Translations under genes and position numbers: made by a program | Sequence record: OZ035821.1 | DNA from: Kayfunavirus PDP21P1 | DNA: 40,079 bases | Strand: one strand, 5' to 3' | In this document: one piece after another, positions 37,282-40,079 of the stretch | Layout: every line of letters starts with the position of its first letter | Numbering within the stretch: the stretch's first letter is position 1 | The notes under the pieces: model-generated | The model's input: only the letters and a program-made list of their open reading frames with translations | Database searches by the model: none | What the model was told of the DNA's origin: nothing

Positions 37282-39813
37282 ATGTCCACGCTTACACAAT
37301 TCCCTTCAGGAAACACTCAGTACAGGATTGAGTTCGACTACCTAGCCAGGACGTTTGTTGTTGTTACGCTGGTGAATAGCTCTAACCCTACCCTGAACCG
37401 TGTACTGGAAGTTGGTCGAGATTACCGATTCCTTAATCCAACGATGATTGAGATGTTGGTTGACCAATCAGGTTTCGACATCGTTCGTATTCACCGTCAG
37501 ACTGGAACTGACTTAGTGGTAGACTTCAGGAATGGCTCAGTGTTGACAGCTAGTGACCTGACCAATGCAGAGCTTCAGGCTATCCATATTGCAGAAGAAG
37601 GTCGAGACCAAACGGTTGACTTAGCGAAGGAATATGCCGATGCTGCTGGTAGCTCTGCTGGCAACGCTAAGGATAGCGAGGACGAAGCACGCCGAATCGC
37701 TGCGAGTATCAGGGAAGCTGGTCTAATTGGCTATATTACCCGTCGCTCCTTCGAGAAAGGCTACAACGTTACAACATGGAGCGAGGTCCTGCTATGGGAA
37801 GAGGATGGTGATTATTACCGCTGGGATGGTACGCTTCCAAAGAACGTTCCTGCTGGTTCAACTCCTGAAACTTCCGGTGGGATTGGATTAGGTGCGTGGG
37901 TTAGTGTTGGTGATGCTGCTTTAAGAAGTCAGATTTCAAACCCGGAAGGGGCAATACTCTACCCGGAATTGCAGATGGCAAGATGGCGTGATGAGGGTGA
38001 TGTTCGAGGCTGGGGTGCTAAAGGGGATGGTGTAACAGATAGTACGGAGAATATAGCTGCTTCACTAAATTCTCAAAAAGCTGTCGTAGCATCAGAAGGT
38101 GTATTCTCTAGTTCTGGTATTAATAGTAATTACTGTAACTTAGACGGTAGAGGCAGTGGGGTGCTAAGTCACCGTTCCAGTACAGGTAACTACTTAGTAT
38201 TTAACAATCCACGTACAGGTCGCTTAAGTAATATTACGGTAGAAAGTAATAAGGCGACGGATACCACTCAGGGACAGCAGGTATCTCTTGCTGGTGGCAG
38301 TGATGTTACGGTAAGTGACGTTAACTTCTCAAACGTTAAAGGTACTGGTTTCAGTTTAATCGCATACCCTAATGATGCGCCACCTGATGGACTTATGATT
38401 AAAGGCATTCGAGGTAGCTATTCCGGCTATGCTACTAATAAGGCAGCCGGATGCGTACTTGCTGACTCCTCAGTTAACTCCCTCATAGATAACGTCATTG
38501 CTAAGAACTACCCTCAGTTCGGAGCAGTAGAGTTGAAAGGTACAGCCAGTTACAACATAGTCAGTAATGTTATAGGGGCAGATTGCCAGCATGTAACTTA
38601 CAACGGCACTGAAGGGCCAATAGCTCCTTCTAACAACCTTATCAATGGGGTAGTGGCTAATAATCCTAAATATGCAGCGGTTGTTGCAGGCAAAGGTAGT
38701 ACCAACTTAATCTCCGATGTGCTTGTAGATTTCTCAACCTCTGATGCTAGGCAGGCTCATGGTGTTACAGTAGAAGGTTCTGGTAACGTCATAAATAATG
38801 TGCTTATGTCAGGGTGTGATGGTACTAACTCTTTAGGGCAAGCTCAAACTGCTACAATTGCACGCTTTATAGATACAGCTAATAACAACTATGCGTCTGT
38901 ATTTCCTAGCTACAGTGCTACAGGTGTTATTACTTTCGAATCAGGTTCTACCCGTAACTTCGTAGAGGTAAAGCATCCGGGAAGGAGAAACGACCTTCTC
39001 AGTGCTACTGGTACTATTAGCGGTGCAGATACTATTGACGGCACTAATAATAGCAACGTAGTGCACGCCCCTGCATTAGGGCAATACATAGGCAGTATGT
39101 CCGGTAGGTTCGAATGGCGGATTAAGTCCATGTCACTTCCATCAGGGGTTCTTACCTCTGCGGATAAGTACAGGATGCTTGCCGATGGGGCTGTGTCATT
39201 AGCTGTAGGCGGAGGTACTTCTTCTCAAGTACGCCTGTTCACTTCTGACGGCACTTATCGGAATATATCACTTACTAGCAGTAACGTGCGTCTTCCTACC
39301 AGTAGCGAAGGTTATTTGCAGTTAGGTTCTAATGCAATGACCCCAGATAGTACTAATACATACGCATTAGGTTCCGCAAGTCGAGCATGGTCTGGCGGTT
39401 TTACTCAATCAGCATTCACTGTTGTCTCAGATGCTAGGGATAAAACAGAGCCTCTTAATATCTCAGATGCTTTACTGGATGCTTGGTCTGAAGTTGACTT
39501 TGTGCAGTTTCAGTACTTGGACCGAATTGAGGAGAAGGGTGCAGACTCAGCTAGATGGCACTTCGGCATCATCGCTCAGCGAGCTAAGGAGGCCTTCGAA
39601 CGTCACGGTATAGATGCACATCGCTATGGCTTCCTGTGCTTCGACAGTTGGGATGATGTGTACGAGGAAGATGCCAATGGCTCTCGTAAACTGATTACAC
39701 CAGCAGGTTCCCGCTATGGTATTCGTTACGAGGAAGTACTGATATTAGAGGCTGCGTTGATGCGGCGTACTATTAAGCGTATGCAGGAAGCATTAGCTGT
39801 TATGTCTAAGTGA
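37282..39813 (+). CDS. 17: Tail fiber / tailspike: T7 gp17-like N-terminal anchor, beta-helix (pectate-lyase-like) domain, C-terminal self-cleaving chaperone domain
   Basis: N-terminal ~150 aa (FDYLARTFVVVTL, VDFRNGSVLTASDL, AIHIAEEGRD) parallels the T7 gp17 tail-attachment domain. Central region has GWGAKGDGVTDST, typical of pectate-lyase-fold tailspikes. C-terminus (SDARDK...WHFGIIAQRAKEAFE...GIRYEEVLILEAA) fits the peptidase S74 / intramolecular chaperone family. Confidence 0.9.
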   Translation: MSTLTQFPSGNTQYRIEFDYLARTFVVVTLVNSSNPTLNRVLEVGRDYRFLNPTMIEMLVDQSGFDIVRIHRQTGTDLVVDFRNGSVLTASDLTNAELQAIHIAEEGRDQTVDLAKEYADAAGSSAGNAKDSEDEARRIAASIREAGLIGYITRRSFEKGYNVTTWSEVLLWEEDGDYYRWDGTLPKNVPAGSTPETSGGIGLGAWVSVGDAALRSQISNPEGAILYPELQMARWRDEGDVRGWGAKGDGVTDSTENIAASLNSQKAVVASEGVFSSSGINSNYCNLDGRGSGVLSHRSSTGNYLVFNNPRTGRLSNITVESNKATDTTQGQQVSLAGGSDVTVSDVNFSNVKGTGFSLIAYPNDAPPDGLMIKGIRGSYSGYATNKAAGCVLADSSVNSLIDNVIAKNYPQFGAVELKGTASYNIVSNVIGADCQHVTYNGTEGPIAPSNNLINGVVANNPKYAAVVAGKGSTNLISDVLVDFSTSDARQAHGVTVEGSGNVINNVLMSGCDGTNSLGQAQTATIARFIDTANNNYASVFPSYSATGVITFESGSTRNFVEVKHPGRRNDLLSATGTISGADTIDGTNNSNVVHAPALGQYIGSMSGRFEWRIKSMSLPSGVLTSADKYRMLADGAVSLAVGGGTSSQVRLFTSDGTYRNISLTSSNVRLPTSSEGYLQLGSNAMTPDSTNTYALGSASRAWSGGFTQSAFTVVSDARDKTEPLNISDALLDAWSEVDFVQFQYLDRIEEKGADSARWHFGIIAQRAKEAFERHGIDAHRYGFLCFDSWDDVYEEDANGSRKLITPAGSRYGIRYEEVLILEAALMRRTIKRMQEALAVMSK

Positions 39814-39917
39814 GTAATACTGGTACGGTATTTTCGCACAATGAAATCGTTGAACACGCTAACCAACGTATGTAACAACTTTGGGTCACGGACGACCCGC
39901 TTTAAACTGGAGGTTTT

Positions 39918-40079
39918 ATGATTGAGTTAGACTTCAAGAATGAGGTCCTTAAAGCCTCTCCTATCGTCGGGACCGCTGCGGCTGATGGTGCCAGTCGGTT
40001 CTTCTTCGGACTTACACTGAACGAATGGTTCTACGTTGCAGCTATCGCGTACACCGTTGTCCAGATTGGTGTGCTAGTC
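39918..40079 (+). CDS. 17.5: Holin (class II), T7 gp17.5 homolog; 3' end truncated by the window edge
   Basis: MIELDFKNEVLKASPIVGT...RFFFGLTLNEWFYVAAIAYTVVQIG parallels T7 gp17.5 (MLSLDFNNELIKAAPIVGT...LFFGLSLNEWFYVAAIAYTVVQIG). GGAGG RBS. The ORF runs to the last base of the window. Confidence 0.8.
   Translation, partial: MIELDFKNEVLKASPIVGTAAADGASRFFFGLTLNEWFYVAAIAYTVVQIGVLV

Noticed and set aside
39884-39899. Short hairpin GGGTC-ACG-GACCC between tail fiber and holin as a terminator
   Set aside because: The stem is only 5 bp and is not followed by a U-tract. It may be a minor RNA structure, with too little evidence to call.

Overview
This window is a near-complete, circularly permuted genome of a T7-like lytic podophage (Autographiviridae, T7 supergroup). 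All recognisable genes are on the + strand in T7 gene order, but the window opens at gene 18 (small terminase) and ends inside gene 17.5 (holin). The order is therefore: terminase and spanins (30-3018), a non-coding terminal-repeat and early-promoter region (about 3475-4486), early genes (4487-5915), gene 1 RNA polymerase (6013-8694), the DNA-metabolism module (ligase, SSB, endonuclease I, lysozyme, primase-helicase, DNA polymerase, exonuclease; 9094-20627), and the structural module (portal, scaffold, capsid, tail tube A/B, internal virion proteins, tail fiber; 22011-39813). Eleven copies of a phage promoter with consensus ACTAAACTATCACTATA^GGGAGA sit at T7-like positions; this differs from the T7, T3, K11 and SP6 consensus at -12 to -8. 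The most notable deviations from the T7 backbone are: (1) the DNA polymerase gene is split at the codons of the catalytic HDE motif by a ~598-nt group I intron carrying an HNH endonuclease ORF; (2) four further free-standing endonuclease genes (three HNH, one endonuclease VII-like) lie between essential genes; (3) a tRNA-like element lies just upstream of the primase-helicase gene; (4) the tail fiber is a long modular tailspike with an AT-rich beta-helix (pectate-lyase-like) domain and a C-terminal self-cleaving chaperone domain; (5) there are unplaced accessory ORFs, a 163-aa protein between genes 3 and 3.5 and a DUF3850/ASCH-like protein between genes 11 and 12; (6) a T7-type -1 frameshift site (GGTTTTC) sits at the end of the capsid gene. 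Homology calls rest on recalled T7 protein sequences and motifs, not on database searches. The minus-strand ORFs in the track are judged spurious.
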